Positions 8,377 through 18,380 are shown, counted from the first letter of the stretch. The stretch is 64,000 nucleotides of DNA from Myxococcota bacterium (GCA_040386535.1 JAZKFH010000011.1:32001-96000), one strand, 5' to 3'. Notes: generated by a model from the letters alone, not told the origin. A program made the numbers and translations.

Positions 8377-11300
8377 GTGACGATGTACCGGGCGGTCGAA
8401 GCGCGGGCGCCCTCCCTCCCTACGCCCGCCGCGGAGGGGGTGGACGGCCGCCCGCTGAGCGCGCGCCCCGGCGGGGACGTGCTGCCCGGCGGCGCCGCCC
8501 AGGCCGCGGGGGAAGCATTGCGCCGCCGCCGCGCGACGCCGGGCGCCCAGGAGCTCTCGGCCAAGGAGAGGGAAGCCAAGGAGCGCGCGGGCGCCGGCGA
8601 AGCGGATCAGCACGCCGGCCAGCTCCCCGCGGAGGAGCGGCGCGGGGAGCACGCGCGGGGGCCCGACGGGGCGGGGACAGACGGCGTGGGGCCGGAAGAC
8701 GCCGCGGGTCCCGACGGCGCGGCGCCGGACGCGCTGGGTCCGGACGGAGTGGCGCCGGACGATCGCGATGCGCAGGTGCCCGTCGAGCCGATCCGCGCGC
8801 CCGAACCCCCGAAGGCGCCGCGCACGGTGGACGAGCGGGCGAAGAAGGCCGAGGCCGACCTGGACGAGCGGGTCGACGAGGTCGAGGCGCTCGAGCTGGT
8901 CGAGGATCCGTCGGTGGAGAGCCCCGAAGACGCGACCGCGAAGGTCCCCGACGTGGAGGCGCCCGCCCCGGAGGAGCCCGCGGCGGCGGCCCTCCCCGAC
9001 CGGGGCGGCGGCGCCGCCACCATCGCCGCGTGGCAGGGGCGCGTGGAGGCCTCCGCCGACGGGATGCCGCCCACGGACATGCCCGCGCCGACCACCTACA
9101 CGGCCCCGATCCGCCAGGGCGGCGGCGCGGTGTCGAAGAAGTGGGAGGCGAAGAAGGAGAAGCTCCCAGAGCAGGCGAAGAAGGCCTTCACGACGAAGAA
9201 GGTGCCGACGCTGGAGGAGCTGCCCCCCATCGCGTCGCCGTTCCCGGTGGACGGGGCGAAGGAGAAGGTCGAGGCCAAGGGGGTGCGCAAGCTTCCCGAT
9301 CAGGCCCTGCCCGCGCTCGTCAAGTCGCCGAACGGGTTCCTGCCGGTGGTGGGGGCGGCACCGGTGGACACCCGCCTGCCCCCGGTGGCGCCGCCCGTCG
9401 GCGTGCCGGCGGTGGGCTCGAAGTCGCCGGTCGCGGCGGTCAACGCGATGGCGGCCGCGGTCCCCACGCCCCAGCCGACGGACGCCGGCGCGGTGGTGAC
9501 CGGCACGGATCGTGCGCCCACCTACACCATCGATCCCGCCCATCACGACACGATCGCCAGCGTGCTCGCGAACATCTACGTCGAGGCGCAGACCCGGGCG
9601 GAGGCCGTGGTCAAGTCGGCGCGGGAGGGCGCGTTCCCCGGCAAGGTGCTCGGCACGCGTTTCTGTTTCCCCGAGATCGCGGCGCCCAGGATCGTCGCGG
9701 AGAAGACCTGGCTGGAGGCGGAGCTCGGCCGCGTGGCCGACGCCGCGAAGATCGGCCGCGACACGCTCGACCAGAAGATCGAGGCGCGCAAGGTGGCGCT
9801 CGTGGAGGCGAAGACCGCGGGGGTGGAGGCCGTGTCGACCAGCTCGACCACGGTGACGACCCAGGTGAACCGCACCGCGGCCGACACCAAGGCGACCATC
9901 GCGTCGCTCCGCAGCCAGTGGGACACCCACTTCGACGACGTGGCGGCGCAGGCGAAGGGCGGGGTGGATCCCAAGGTCGTGCGCGCCGAGGAGCAGCGCT
10001 TCGCCGGGCAGCTCCGCACCTACGCCGCCGACCACATCGTCGCGTTCGAGGGTGTCGCGCGCGAGCGGAAGCGCAAGCTCGAGGTGGCGCGGGACGGCCA
10101 GTACGAGGCCTACCAGAAGGCCGCGCTGGCCGACGAGAGTGACGCCGCCCAGGCGAGCGTGCCCGAGCTGTCCGAAGCTATGACCGAGTGGGTGAAGGAG
10201 CGGCGCACGGAGGTCTACAAGGCCGTCGAGGCGCTCAAGGAGGGCACCACCACCACGGTGGAGACGTGGAAGTCCGAGATGCGCACCGCGCGCGACGAGT
10301 CGGTGGCGATGGTGCAGGTGTGGGCGGACGGCCGGATCGGCCGGGAGCGCGGCTGGTTGGACAGCCTGCTCTCGCGGCTGTTCGACGCCATCTCCGCCAA
10401 GCACGAGGAGACCGAGGCCTTCGAGGCGATGGAGACAGAGGCCACGGTGGGCGAGCTGGCCCAGGACCTCCAGATGCTCGAGGCGCTCAAGACGGGCGGC
10501 TACGACGCGCTGGACGTCGACGAGAAGTCGAGGCTCCAGCGCACGGACGCCGAGGGGGCCGCGCTCACCGGCACGTTCTTCGGCGAGGGCACGAAGGGCG
10601 ACACGGCGGCGGCGCTCACCGCCTCGCTCGGCGCGCGCCTCTCCCGCCGCCGGGTGGCGCCGCTCCGCGAAGCCTTCGTCTCCGAGGTCATGGGCATGAC
10701 CGACGCCACGCGCTGGCGCGAGGTCGACCTGCTCGCCGCCGCGGAGAGCCCCGGCTTCTCGGCCGCCGAGCGCGCGGACGAGCTTCACAAGGCGTTCGAC
10801 TACACCTGGGGCACGGACGAGGACCGTGCGTACGACGGGGTGAAGGGCCTGACCGCGCTCGGCGGCAAGGCGGTGCGGCTCGCGTACCGGGCGCGGTGGA
10901 AGGAGGATCTGGACGCGCGCATCGCCTCGGAGATGTCCGACGAGGACAAGGACCGCGTGATGTTCGGCCTGGACGCGAAGCAGGCCGAGGCCGACGCCGC
11001 CGCGCTCCGCGACGCGTGCGAGGGCGCGGGAACGGACGAGGCGCTCATCAACCGCGTCCTCCGCAACAAGTCGCCCGAGGAGCGCATCGCCATCCACGCC
11101 GCCTACCGGCAGCGCTACAACGAGGACCTCGACGGGCGCCTGAAGAGCGAGCTCGACGACGGCTTCTCCAGCATCGACGACTGGCGCATCACCGAAGCGC
11201 ACCTGGAGGGGAAGACCGACAAGGCGGACGCCATCGAGATCAAGGGGGCGCGCAACGCCTTCTGGGGCCCGGACCGCGACAAGATCGACGCCGTCTACAC

Positions 11301-14300
11301 GCGGATGCACGAGGAGGTCACGGCCGAGGGCGACAAGAACGGCAAGACCTCGGCCGAGATCGACGCGGAGATCCGCAAGCGCTCGGGCAAGATCCAGGAC
11401 GAGTACAAGACCGAGACGAAGAAGGATCTCAAGGCGGATCTGGAGGCCGCCTTCGCTCCGCCGCCGCCGCAGTACCAGTCCGGGCCCCACGGCCAGCAGT
11501 ACCAGGGCACGTACTACGCCGCCCGCCGCGATCTGGTGATCGGCATGGTCGACGGCGATCGCACCAAGGTCGACGCCGCGAAGATCCAGATCGAGCGCAC
11601 CAGCCTCTACGCGGAAGACGACAGTATCAGCAAGGTGCTCGAGCAGCAGTACGAGCGGGCGTACACCCGGGAGCGTCGCGACGCGCTGGCGCAGTGGCGG
11701 ACGGGCCACGACGGCCGCAGCCCCAACGACACGGAGATGAAGGACCTCGAGAAGGTCATCGTCGAGAAGGCGAAGCTCACCAGCGCGCAGAGCATGACCG
11801 CGCTCGGGCAGCGCGTCACCACCGCGTACGGAGGCGGCAACTTCCCCGACATCATCGCCGATCTGACCCAGGGCTGGGGCGAGACCAAGGCGCTGGCGCT
11901 CCTGGAGGGGAACGGGAGGCTGGAGGACTGGCAGAAGTTCGAGTTCGCCACCCGCGGCGGAGGCACGGACGAGGACGCGCTCAAGGCGCTGTTCAAGGGC
12001 AAGTCGAAAGAGGAGATCAAGGCGCTCGAGGCCGAGTGGAAGCGGAACACCACCAGCGATCTCGACAGCTTCGAGGCGGTGATCGCGGACGAGACCTCCG
12101 GCCGGCTCAAGCAGGATCTGCTCCTCGACAACGAGTTTGGCGGCAAGCCGGAGACGCCGGAAGACGCCATCGCCAAGAGCCGGCGGAAGATGGAGTACGA
12201 GGCGCGCACCGGCGGCGTGACCACCGACGACTTCGGTCGGCAGCACAAGACCGAGGAGTACCAGGTCATCGAGGAGGACCTCGCCCACCTCGAGAACATC
12301 CAGGCCGCGTACAAGGAGGCCCTGGACTCGGACGATCCGGCCCAGAAACACGCGGCGACCCTCGCGTGGCAGAGCGGCGTCGCGAGCCTCGACAGCGCGG
12401 TGCAGACCAACCGCCACATGGTGGACCAGCGCACCGAGGTGGTGGCCCAGGTCGTCTCCATCGTCGTGATGGTGGTGGTGATGGTGGTGCTCACCGCCGT
12501 GGCCGAGTTCTTCACGGCGGGCGCGGCCACCCCGGCGGTGGCGGCGATGTGGGTCGCGGCGATCGGGGGGATCTCCGCGCTGGCGGGCGGGCTGGCCGCG
12601 ATGGCGGTGAAGGCGTCGATCAAGGGCGACGCGTACGGCGCGGACGAGTGGGGCCCGGATCTCGCGCTGGCGCTGGTGGACGCGGTGGTCTCCGCCGCCA
12701 CCGCCGGGGTGGGCGGAAAGATCCTCAAGTCGGCGAAGGGCGCCGCGGAGGTGGCGAAGACCGGGGGCAAGCTCACCGGCCGCGCCGCCGTGCTCGCGCC
12801 GCTCGGCCGGATGGCGGAGGGCGGGCTCGGCAGCCGCATGACCGCGCACTTCATCGCCGAGGGCGCCGAGGGCTTCGCCCAGTCGCTGCCGACCGCTCTC
12901 TTGGGCACGGCGATGAACGAGAACGTGCTCAAGGGCAACCCGCTCCTGAACATGCTCGAGGGGGCGGGGATGGGGGTGGGCCTCGGCACCGTCCTCTCGG
13001 GCGGCCTTGGCGCGCTCGGTGGCACGAAGGTGATCCGCCCGGTCGACGCGGTGCCCCCCCGGGCGGCGACCGGCACGCACACCTCGCTGGTGGACGCCAG
13101 CGCCGTCGATCTCGCCGCGATGGAGGCGAAGTATCTCCACGAGAACCCGAGCCTCGGGAAGGCCGACTTCCGCCGGGACTACGACGCGCTGTTGATGAAG
13201 CAGGCGGAATTCGACCCCGTGGTGCGGCAGAAGCTCGAAGCGCAGCTCCGCGACGACATCACCGACCTGCTCCCGCCGCACCACCGCGCCGCCTTCGGGG
13301 ACACCCCGGTGGAGATGTGGGACACCAGGCGCTTCGAGGCGTTCACGGGCAGCGGCACCAGCGACGCGGTGGTGATCCTCAAGGACGGGCGTCCCACCGT
13401 GATCGTGAAGCAGGGGGCCTCGCCGCACGCGCTGGCAGAAGAGGGCTTCCACCTCGTCCAGTCGCTCCAGGGCAAACACGCCGGGCGCCTCGCCGACATC
13501 GACGAGGGGAGGCTCGCCAACTGGGGCCGGCTCGACGTGCGCGAGAAGATCCCCATCTACCGATCGAAGCTGGAGCTCGAGATCGAGGCGCAGGCGGCGA
13601 TGATCGACGCGTTGCAGGATCGTGTGGCGGCGGGCGGGCGGCTCAGCGAGCGCCTCGCCGTCGCGCAGCAGACGCTGCTCCGCCTCAAGGAGCGCGCCCG
13701 CCAGCTCGACCGCCTCGGCCCGTTCCAGCGGACGCTGATGGCGTGGGGCGTGCTGCCGCCGCCGCGGTGGCTCGACGAGCCGGCCCGCCTGTTCTCCAAG
13801 CTCGCCCGCCAGGACAAGGCGCACCTCGAAGCCGCCGCGCTGCTGGACGCGGCGGACGTGAACGGCGTCGTGACCACCGAGGCGCGCAAACAGCTCGCCG
13901 ATCTGTACAAGAACGCGACCACCGCCGCGGGGCGGAAGGGGCCCTTCGTCGACGTGCTGGCCGCGGTCGCGGGGATGGACCCGAAGACGGCGGTGGCGTT
14001 CCTCGAAGCGGCGGGGCCGGTGCTGGGCCGCAGCGGGGCGAAGGGGGACATCGGGAAGGTCCTGAAGAAGGCGGCCGTGTCGGCCGATCCCGCGGCGGCC
14101 GCCCGGCTCGCCCAGCACGCGCCGTTCGCCGTGGTCGAGAAGCTGCTCGACCGGGCGGCGCGCACCCGGGCCGGCCGCGCCGAGATGATCGGGGCGGCCG
14201 AGCGCCTCGCCGCGGCGATGGGCGCGACCAGCTTCCGCAAGAAGCCGTGGGACCAGCTGGTCAAGACCTTCGACACCGACCCGGCCAAGGCCATCGAGCT

Positions 14301-15915
14301 GGCGGCGATCGTGAAGCGCGCGGGGCTCTCGGACGTGCAGGTGGTGGCGGTGGTGGAGCGCGCTGGCGGGCTCTCCAAGGCCAAGCTCGGCGAGCTCACC
14401 CTGGCGGCGGACTACGTCGGCGTGCTCGCCGCCAACCCGACGCAACACGCCGCGCTGATCGAGGCGCTCACGCGGATGAAGGGCAAGGATTTTGCCGGCT
14501 TCGCGGACGCGGTGCACAACCTGCACGGCAACCCGCAGATCCTGCCCGACGCCTTCGCCAACCTCGTGCGGCTCGGGGCCGACGGGAAGCTCGATCTCCA
14601 CTGGCTCGGTGGGCTGGTCAACCCCCACGCCCCGGGCGGCCCGCGGCTCCACGGCTGGATCGTGGACGATCTCGCGCGGGACGCCAACACGCCCTGGACC
14701 AAGCTCCAGACCCGGGTCGGCAAGATGCGCGGGTTCTACGGCCAGGGCGTGGGGACGCTCCGCGGCCTCGTCGGCGAGATCTACGCAAAGCACCTCGTGC
14801 CGGACCACCCGATCCTCGGGAAGGATCTCCTCGAGCTGCTCGAGCAGGTCACCGACGGCGCCGCGGGCAAACGCCCGGATCTCGTCGCCCGGTACCGGGA
14901 CGGCTCCTTCCGCGCCATCGAGGTGAAGACCTGGTCCAAGGAGTTCTGGGGCAGCGCGTTGCAGGCGTACGAGCTGGCCGCCGTGCACGGGCTGGAGAAG
15001 GCCAAGGCGATGCGGCCCGAGCTCGACTTCGGCGCCATCGAACACATGATGGCGCAGCTGCGCAACGGCGCGCACACGCTGGAGGTGCCCGGCAGCACGA
15101 AGCGCCTCGCCCCGGGGCTGATGGTCACGTCCGACTGGAAGGTGGCCCAGTCCTTCGAGGGCCTCGCGGGCACGGGCATGGCGCGGCTCCAGAAGGAGCT
15201 CGACGGGCTCGGCGTGGGCGTCCACATGATGGGCCAGCAGCAGGTGGACGCGTTCGCGCAGGACCTGGTCCGCCAGTTCTCGAAGGCGGCGCCGATCGAC
15301 CGGTCGATCCCCCTGTCCACGCGCAGCCAGCGCCCGTTCTTCCCGCCAAAGGGGCCGAAGACGGTGACGGCGGACGCGGGGGCGGTCGGCGCGGCCACCC
15401 CCGACCCGAGCGTGCCCGCCGCCGTGGTGCCCGTCACGGTGGTGCCCGCCACCGTGGTGCCCGTCGTGCCGGTGCCGGTCACGCATCCGGTGGTGCTGGA
15501 GGGCGCCGCCGACTTCCCCCACGAGAGCGCCCAGGCCACGCGGTTCGCGCAGGCGGAAGGAGGCGGGAAGGTCCGCTTCCTCGGGGGTTCGTCCCAGGGG
15601 ATCGAGGGCTACTTCACGCCCCCGGGCTCGACCGTCGAGATCCCGATCTCGCTCAAAGACTTCTCCGCCACCGGGAAGCTCCGGAACATCCTGGGCCGGA
15701 TAAACGCAAACGCCGCGCAGGTGAAGGCCGCCGGGCACGCGGGGCCCACCGTGCTGCACGTGCGGATGTCGAACACGACGGTCGCCGAGCTGGAGGCGTT
15801 CATCGCGGGCGGGCCGATCGGTCGCATGGGCACCGAGGGCGTGTTCAGTCGGCTGATTTTCGAGGGGTCGGACGGGATCGTGGACGTGACGGCGGCGGGT
15901 GTGAAGAGGAGGTAG
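8377..15915 (+). CDS. Giant polymorphic toxin / eCIS effector: annexin-like repeats, hydrophobic helices, tandem PD-(D/E)xK-like domains
   Basis: 2512 aa with GC3-biased codons. GxGTDE repeats, a VVSIVVMVVVMVVLTAV hydrophobic stretch, GE...RPDLV...IEVKT and GIEG...ISLK motifs. Start may be ATG 8383. Confidence 0.8.
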   Translation: MTMYRAVEARAPSLPTPAAEGVDGRPLSARPGGDVLPGGAAQAAGEALRRRRATPGAQELSAKEREAKERAGAGEADQHAGQLPAEERRGEHARGPDGAGTDGVGPEDAAGPDGAAPDALGPDGVAPDDRDAQVPVEPIRAPEPPKAPRTVDERAKKAEADLDERVDEVEALELVEDPSVESPEDATAKVPDVEAPAPEEPAAAALPDRGGGAATIAAWQGRVEASADGMPPTDMPAPTTYTAPIRQGGGAVSKKWEAKKEKLPEQAKKAFTTKKVPTLEELPPIASPFPVDGAKEKVEAKGVRKLPDQALPALVKSPNGFLPVVGAAPVDTRLPPVAPPVGVPAVGSKSPVAAVNAMAAAVPTPQPTDAGAVVTGTDRAPTYTIDPAHHDTIASVLANIYVEAQTRAEAVVKSAREGAFPGKVLGTRFCFPEIAAPRIVAEKTWLEAELGRVADAAKIGRDTLDQKIEARKVALVEAKTAGVEAVSTSSTTVTTQVNRTAADTKATIASLRSQWDTHFDDVAAQAKGGVDPKVVRAEEQRFAGQLRTYAADHIVAFEGVARERKRKLEVARDGQYEAYQKAALADESDAAQASVPELSEAMTEWVKERRTEVYKAVEALKEGTTTTVETWKSEMRTARDESVAMVQVWADGRIGRERGWLDSLLSRLFDAISAKHEETEAFEAMETEATVGELAQDLQMLEALKTGGYDALDVDEKSRLQRTDAEGAALTGTFFGEGTKGDTAAALTASLGARLSRRRVAPLREAFVSEVMGMTDATRWREVDLLAAAESPGFSAAERADELHKAFDYTWGTDEDRAYDGVKGLTALGGKAVRLAYRARWKEDLDARIASEMSDEDKDRVMFGLDAKQAEADAAALRDACEGAGTDEALINRVLRNKSPEERIAIHAAYRQRYNEDLDGRLKSELDDGFSSIDDWRITEAHLEGKTDKADAIEIKGARNAFWGPDRDKIDAVYTRMHEEVTAEGDKNGKTSAEIDAEIRKRSGKIQDEYKTETKKDLKADLEAAFAPPPPQYQSGPHGQQYQGTYYAARRDLVIGMVDGDRTKVDAAKIQIERTSLYAEDDSISKVLEQQYERAYTRERRDALAQWRTGHDGRSPNDTEMKDLEKVIVEKAKLTSAQSMTALGQRVTTAYGGGNFPDIIADLTQGWGETKALALLEGNGRLEDWQKFEFATRGGGTDEDALKALFKGKSKEEIKALEAEWKRNTTSDLDSFEAVIADETSGRLKQDLLLDNEFGGKPETPEDAIAKSRRKMEYEARTGGVTTDDFGRQHKTEEYQVIEEDLAHLENIQAAYKEALDSDDPAQKHAATLAWQSGVASLDSAVQTNRHMVDQRTEVVAQVVSIVVMVVVMVVLTAVAEFFTAGAATPAVAAMWVAAIGGISALAGGLAAMAVKASIKGDAYGADEWGPDLALALVDAVVSAATAGVGGKILKSAKGAAEVAKTGGKLTGRAAVLAPLGRMAEGGLGSRMTAHFIAEGAEGFAQSLPTALLGTAMNENVLKGNPLLNMLEGAGMGVGLGTVLSGGLGALGGTKVIRPVDAVPPRAATGTHTSLVDASAVDLAAMEAKYLHENPSLGKADFRRDYDALLMKQAEFDPVVRQKLEAQLRDDITDLLPPHHRAAFGDTPVEMWDTRRFEAFTGSGTSDAVVILKDGRPTVIVKQGASPHALAEEGFHLVQSLQGKHAGRLADIDEGRLANWGRLDVREKIPIYRSKLELEIEAQAAMIDALQDRVAAGGRLSERLAVAQQTLLRLKERARQLDRLGPFQRTLMAWGVLPPPRWLDEPARLFSKLARQDKAHLEAAALLDAADVNGVVTTEARKQLADLYKNATTAAGRKGPFVDVLAAVAGMDPKTAVAFLEAAGPVLGRSGAKGDIGKVLKKAAVSADPAAAARLAQHAPFAVVEKLLDRAARTRAGRAEMIGAAERLAAAMGATSFRKKPWDQLVKTFDTDPAKAIELAAIVKRAGLSDVQVVAVVERAGGLSKAKLGELTLAADYVGVLAANPTQHAALIEALTRMKGKDFAGFADAVHNLHGNPQILPDAFANLVRLGADGKLDLHWLGGLVNPHAPGGPRLHGWIVDDLARDANTPWTKLQTRVGKMRGFYGQGVGTLRGLVGEIYAKHLVPDHPILGKDLLELLEQVTDGAAGKRPDLVARYRDGSFRAIEVKTWSKEFWGSALQAYELAAVHGLEKAKAMRPELDFGAIEHMMAQLRNGAHTLEVPGSTKRLAPGLMVTSDWKVAQSFEGLAGTGMARLQKELDGLGVGVHMMGQQQVDAFAQDLVRQFSKAAPIDRSIPLSTRSQRPFFPPKGPKTVTADAGAVGAATPDPSVPAAVVPVTVVPATVVPVVPVPVTHPVVLEGAADFPHESAQATRFAQAEGGGKVRFLGGSSQGIEGYFTPPGSTVEIPISLKDFSATGKLRNILGRINANAAQVKAAGHAGPTVLHVRMSNTTVAELEAFIAGGPIGRMGTEGVFSRLIFEGSDGIVDVTAAGVKRR
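15400..15500 (+). repeat. 15-bp GTGGTGCCCG-type repeats encoding a Pro/Val linker
   Basis: PSVPAAVVPVTVVPATVVPVVPVPVTHP between the two nuclease-like domains. Confidence 0.7.
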
Positions 15916-15918
15916 GCG

Positions 15919-17085
15919 ATGAGCGTGGATCTGGACATCGCGCCGATGCGTTCGGACGCGCCCACGTGGGCGGCGGTGGCCGAGGCGTGGGCGCGGCGCG
16001 TCGGCGATCCACGCCTGCTCGGCCCGGACCCGAAGTTGTGCCGCTTCGGCGACACGGTGGCGGTGCCGCCGAACACACTCCTGGTCCCGCCGGCCCACTA
16101 CTTCCTCACCCTGCCCGCGCCCTCGACCCTGTCGCTGTCGGTGAGGCCGAACGAAGGAAACCTGGACGAAGCGGAGTACCTCGAGGACTACGGGCGGAAC
16201 CTGGCGCCGGCGCAGCTCGCGGAGCTGACGGAGGGCTGGCGCCGCACCGGCCGCTCCTACGGGATCAGCTCGCTCGGCGGGCGATCCACGCACGAGCCCG
16301 AGCTGTTCCTCGCCCTGGCCTGCGCCCTCGCCGACGTGTCCGACGGGCGCGTGATCGTGATGAACGACGGCATCCTCACCCTCGGGGTGGGGGTGTACAC
16401 GGCGAACGAGTTCGCGGCGGCGCGGTGGCCGCGCGCGGGCGTGCGTCCCGACGTGGCGCCGTGGGCCTGCGTGTACTGCGGCGATCCGGTGCTGCCGCTC
16501 CACGGGCAGCACTGCCGCTTCGAGCCGGGCGTCCCCCTGCCACCCGGGCCCGGGCACGCGCACCTGCGCTGCGCCCGCGAGGCCGGGCACCTCGACGCGT
16601 GGGCCGCGCACTGGCTCCAGCCCGACCCCACCGTGGCGCCGCCCGGCCGGATCTGGCGCGCCGCCGGCGTGACCCTGCAGCTGGAGCCGGACACCGGCCT
16701 GCTCGCCGCCTTCGGGCCGTGGGGGCGCACCGCGGCCTCGCCCGCGCAGTGGCGGGCCCGCCGGGGTGTGGAGGGCGGCGCCGCGCTCTTCCGGGGGCAC
16801 GCCATCGAGCTCGACCTCGCCGCGTTCCCCGACGCGGACCGCGCGCTGGCGGTCGACCTGCCGCACCAGTTCCCCATCCCCCTGCTCACCCTGTTCGACC
16901 TCGTGGGCGGCGGCGCCCACCTGGCGCACCCGGAGCTGCTCGCGCAGGGCACGTTGAGCCCGCCCAAACCCGAGGCGCGGCGCGGCACCACGTGGCCCCT
17001 GTTCGTCAGCTACCACGAGTTCGTCTCCCGGGAGCTGGACGTGGCGCTGTCCGAGGTGCTCCCACAACTCGCCGGGCAGCCGTGA
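15919..17085 (+). CDS. Putative immunity protein, two domains (second has CxxC...HxxC)
   Basis: Starts 3 nt after the toxin stop, with an AGGAGG RBS inside the toxin 3' end. CVYCG and HLRC motifs. Confidence 0.65.
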   Translation: MSVDLDIAPMRSDAPTWAAVAEAWARRVGDPRLLGPDPKLCRFGDTVAVPPNTLLVPPAHYFLTLPAPSTLSLSVRPNEGNLDEAEYLEDYGRNLAPAQLAELTEGWRRTGRSYGISSLGGRSTHEPELFLALACALADVSDGRVIVMNDGILTLGVGVYTANEFAAARWPRAGVRPDVAPWACVYCGDPVLPLHGQHCRFEPGVPLPPGPGHAHLRCAREAGHLDAWAAHWLQPDPTVAPPGRIWRAAGVTLQLEPDTGLLAAFGPWGRTAASPAQWRARRGVEGGAALFRGHAIELDLAAFPDADRALAVDLPHQFPIPLLTLFDLVGGGAHLAHPELLAQGTLSPPKPEARRGTTWPLFVSYHEFVSRELDVALSEVLPQLAGQP

Positions 17086-18380
17086 AGCTCCTCCCCACGC
17101 AGCCCTGGGCGCAGCTCGGCGCGGAGCTCCGCCGCCGCGGGTGGAAGTGGGAGAACGAGAGCCAGCTGCCGCCGCTCGTGCCCGGTGAGCCGGAGTGGGT
17201 GGACTACGTCCATCCGCGGGCCCGGCTGCACGCCTCGTTCGACCCCGCCCTCGATCTGCGCGTGATCGACGCCGAGGGCGATCCCGGCGTGCTCGCGGAG
17301 CTGCTCGCCCTGCCCCGGCTCGACAGCGCCGCCCTCGCCGCGCTCCTCGCCGCCTCCGACGTGGGCGCGGTGCTGCGCGGGCTCTTCGGGGCGCGCGCGC
17401 TCGCCGCCGTGGAGCTCTTCCCCGCCATCGACACGCTCCGTCGCCACCCGGACCCGGTGGTCGCGCGCGCGGCCGCCGACGTGGCCGCGGAGCTCGGCCG
17501 GGCGGCGGTCGGCGCCGCGGTCGATCTGCTCGCCGCCGCGCGCGCGGAGCGGCCCCTCGAATCGCCGCTGTTCCGCGGCCAGTCCCTCGCGCGGCGCCGG
17601 CAGATCCTGCGCTGGCTCGGCGTGGACCGACGCGGCGTGAACGACGCGATCGCCGACGCTCTGCGCGCCGCGGCCGCCGACGAGGACCTGGAGGTGCGGG
17701 TGACGGCGGCGATGGTCGCCGCGCGCCTCGGGAGCCCGGGGCTGGTGCCCGTTCCGCCCGAGGCCGCGGTCCTCCTCGCGCGTTTCCCGGCGCTCCAGGA
17801 GTGGCGGGCCGCGCGCCTCCCCGACACCGCGGGGGACGACCCGGAGCTCCTCACCCTCCACGCCCTGCTCGAGCCCGTGCCGGAGCCGCCGCCGCCGCCC
17901 CGCCTTCCGCCCTGGCTCGATCGCGACGCGGGGCAGCTCGTGCTCCGCAAGTCGCGCCTCCCCGTGGTGCTCGTCCCCTCGGTTCCACACTGGCTCGGCG
18001 CGCCGGGGCGTGCGGACCACCCCGCCCGCCGCGAGCGCCTGCCGCCGTTCGTGGTGCTCCGCGACGCGCTGCCCTCTCACGGGTGGACCGACGTGCTGGC
18101 CGCCCGGGAGGGGCTGTCGGGCACCGAGAACATCCCGCTGCGGGTGCCCGACGAGGCCCAGTGGGAGGCCGCGGTGCGCGGGCCGGACGGGCGGCCGCAC
18201 GTGGCGGGCGTGTGGGCGTCGGGGCCCGCCACGGGCGCGTGGGGCGCGCGGGTGGAGGCGCCGTGGGAGTGGACGGACGCGGGCGTGCTGCGCCACGCCA
18301 CCGGCGACCTCGGGGAGCGCCGCGCCGCCGCCCCCGACGAGCGCGCCGGCCTGCGGCTCGTGGCGCCGTTCCTGCTCTGA
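17082..18380 (+). CDS. HEAT-like repeat protein with degenerate C-terminal FGE-sulfatase (SUMF1-like) domain
   Basis: GTGA overlap with the upstream gene. RHPDPVVARAAA and DEDLEVRVTAA HEAT-like motifs. LRVPDEAQWEAAVRGPDGRP...WEWT...GLRLV. Confidence 0.7.
   Translation: MKLLPTQPWAQLGAELRRRGWKWENESQLPPLVPGEPEWVDYVHPRARLHASFDPALDLRVIDAEGDPGVLAELLALPRLDSAALAALLAASDVGAVLRGLFGARALAAVELFPAIDTLRRHPDPVVARAAADVAAELGRAAVGAAVDLLAAARAERPLESPLFRGQSLARRRQILRWLGVDRRGVNDAIADALRAAAADEDLEVRVTAAMVAARLGSPGLVPVPPEAAVLLARFPALQEWRAARLPDTAGDDPELLTLHALLEPVPEPPPPPRLPPWLDRDAGQLVLRKSRLPVVLVPSVPHWLGAPGRADHPARRERLPPFVVLRDALPSHGWTDVLAAREGLSGTENIPLRVPDEAQWEAAVRGPDGRPHVAGVWASGPATGAWGARVEAPWEWTDAGVLRHATGDLGERRAAAPDERAGLRLVAPFLL

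Noticed and set aside
15913..15921. Amber readthrough fusing toxin and immunity (TAG-GCG-ATG in frame)
   Set aside because: The immunity gene has its own AGGAGG RBS, and there is no evidence for recoding.
5893..17067. 3724-aa antisense ORF
   Set aside because: Shadow of three in-frame GC3-rich sense genes. TTA/CTA/TCA codons are rare, so the antisense frame lacks stops, and the translation has no motifs.
10188..17081. Long Arg/Gly-rich alternative-frame ORFs (also 25116-31670, 25393-30294, 37461-40898 and the 5' extensions of several eCIS ORFs)
   Set aside because: High-GC frame artefacts. Real starts were reassigned using stop/start overlaps and family motifs.
17900..18380. Diversity-generating retroelement target (FGE/CLec-fold domain)
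   Set aside because: No reverse transcriptase and no template/variable repeat pair seen in the window.
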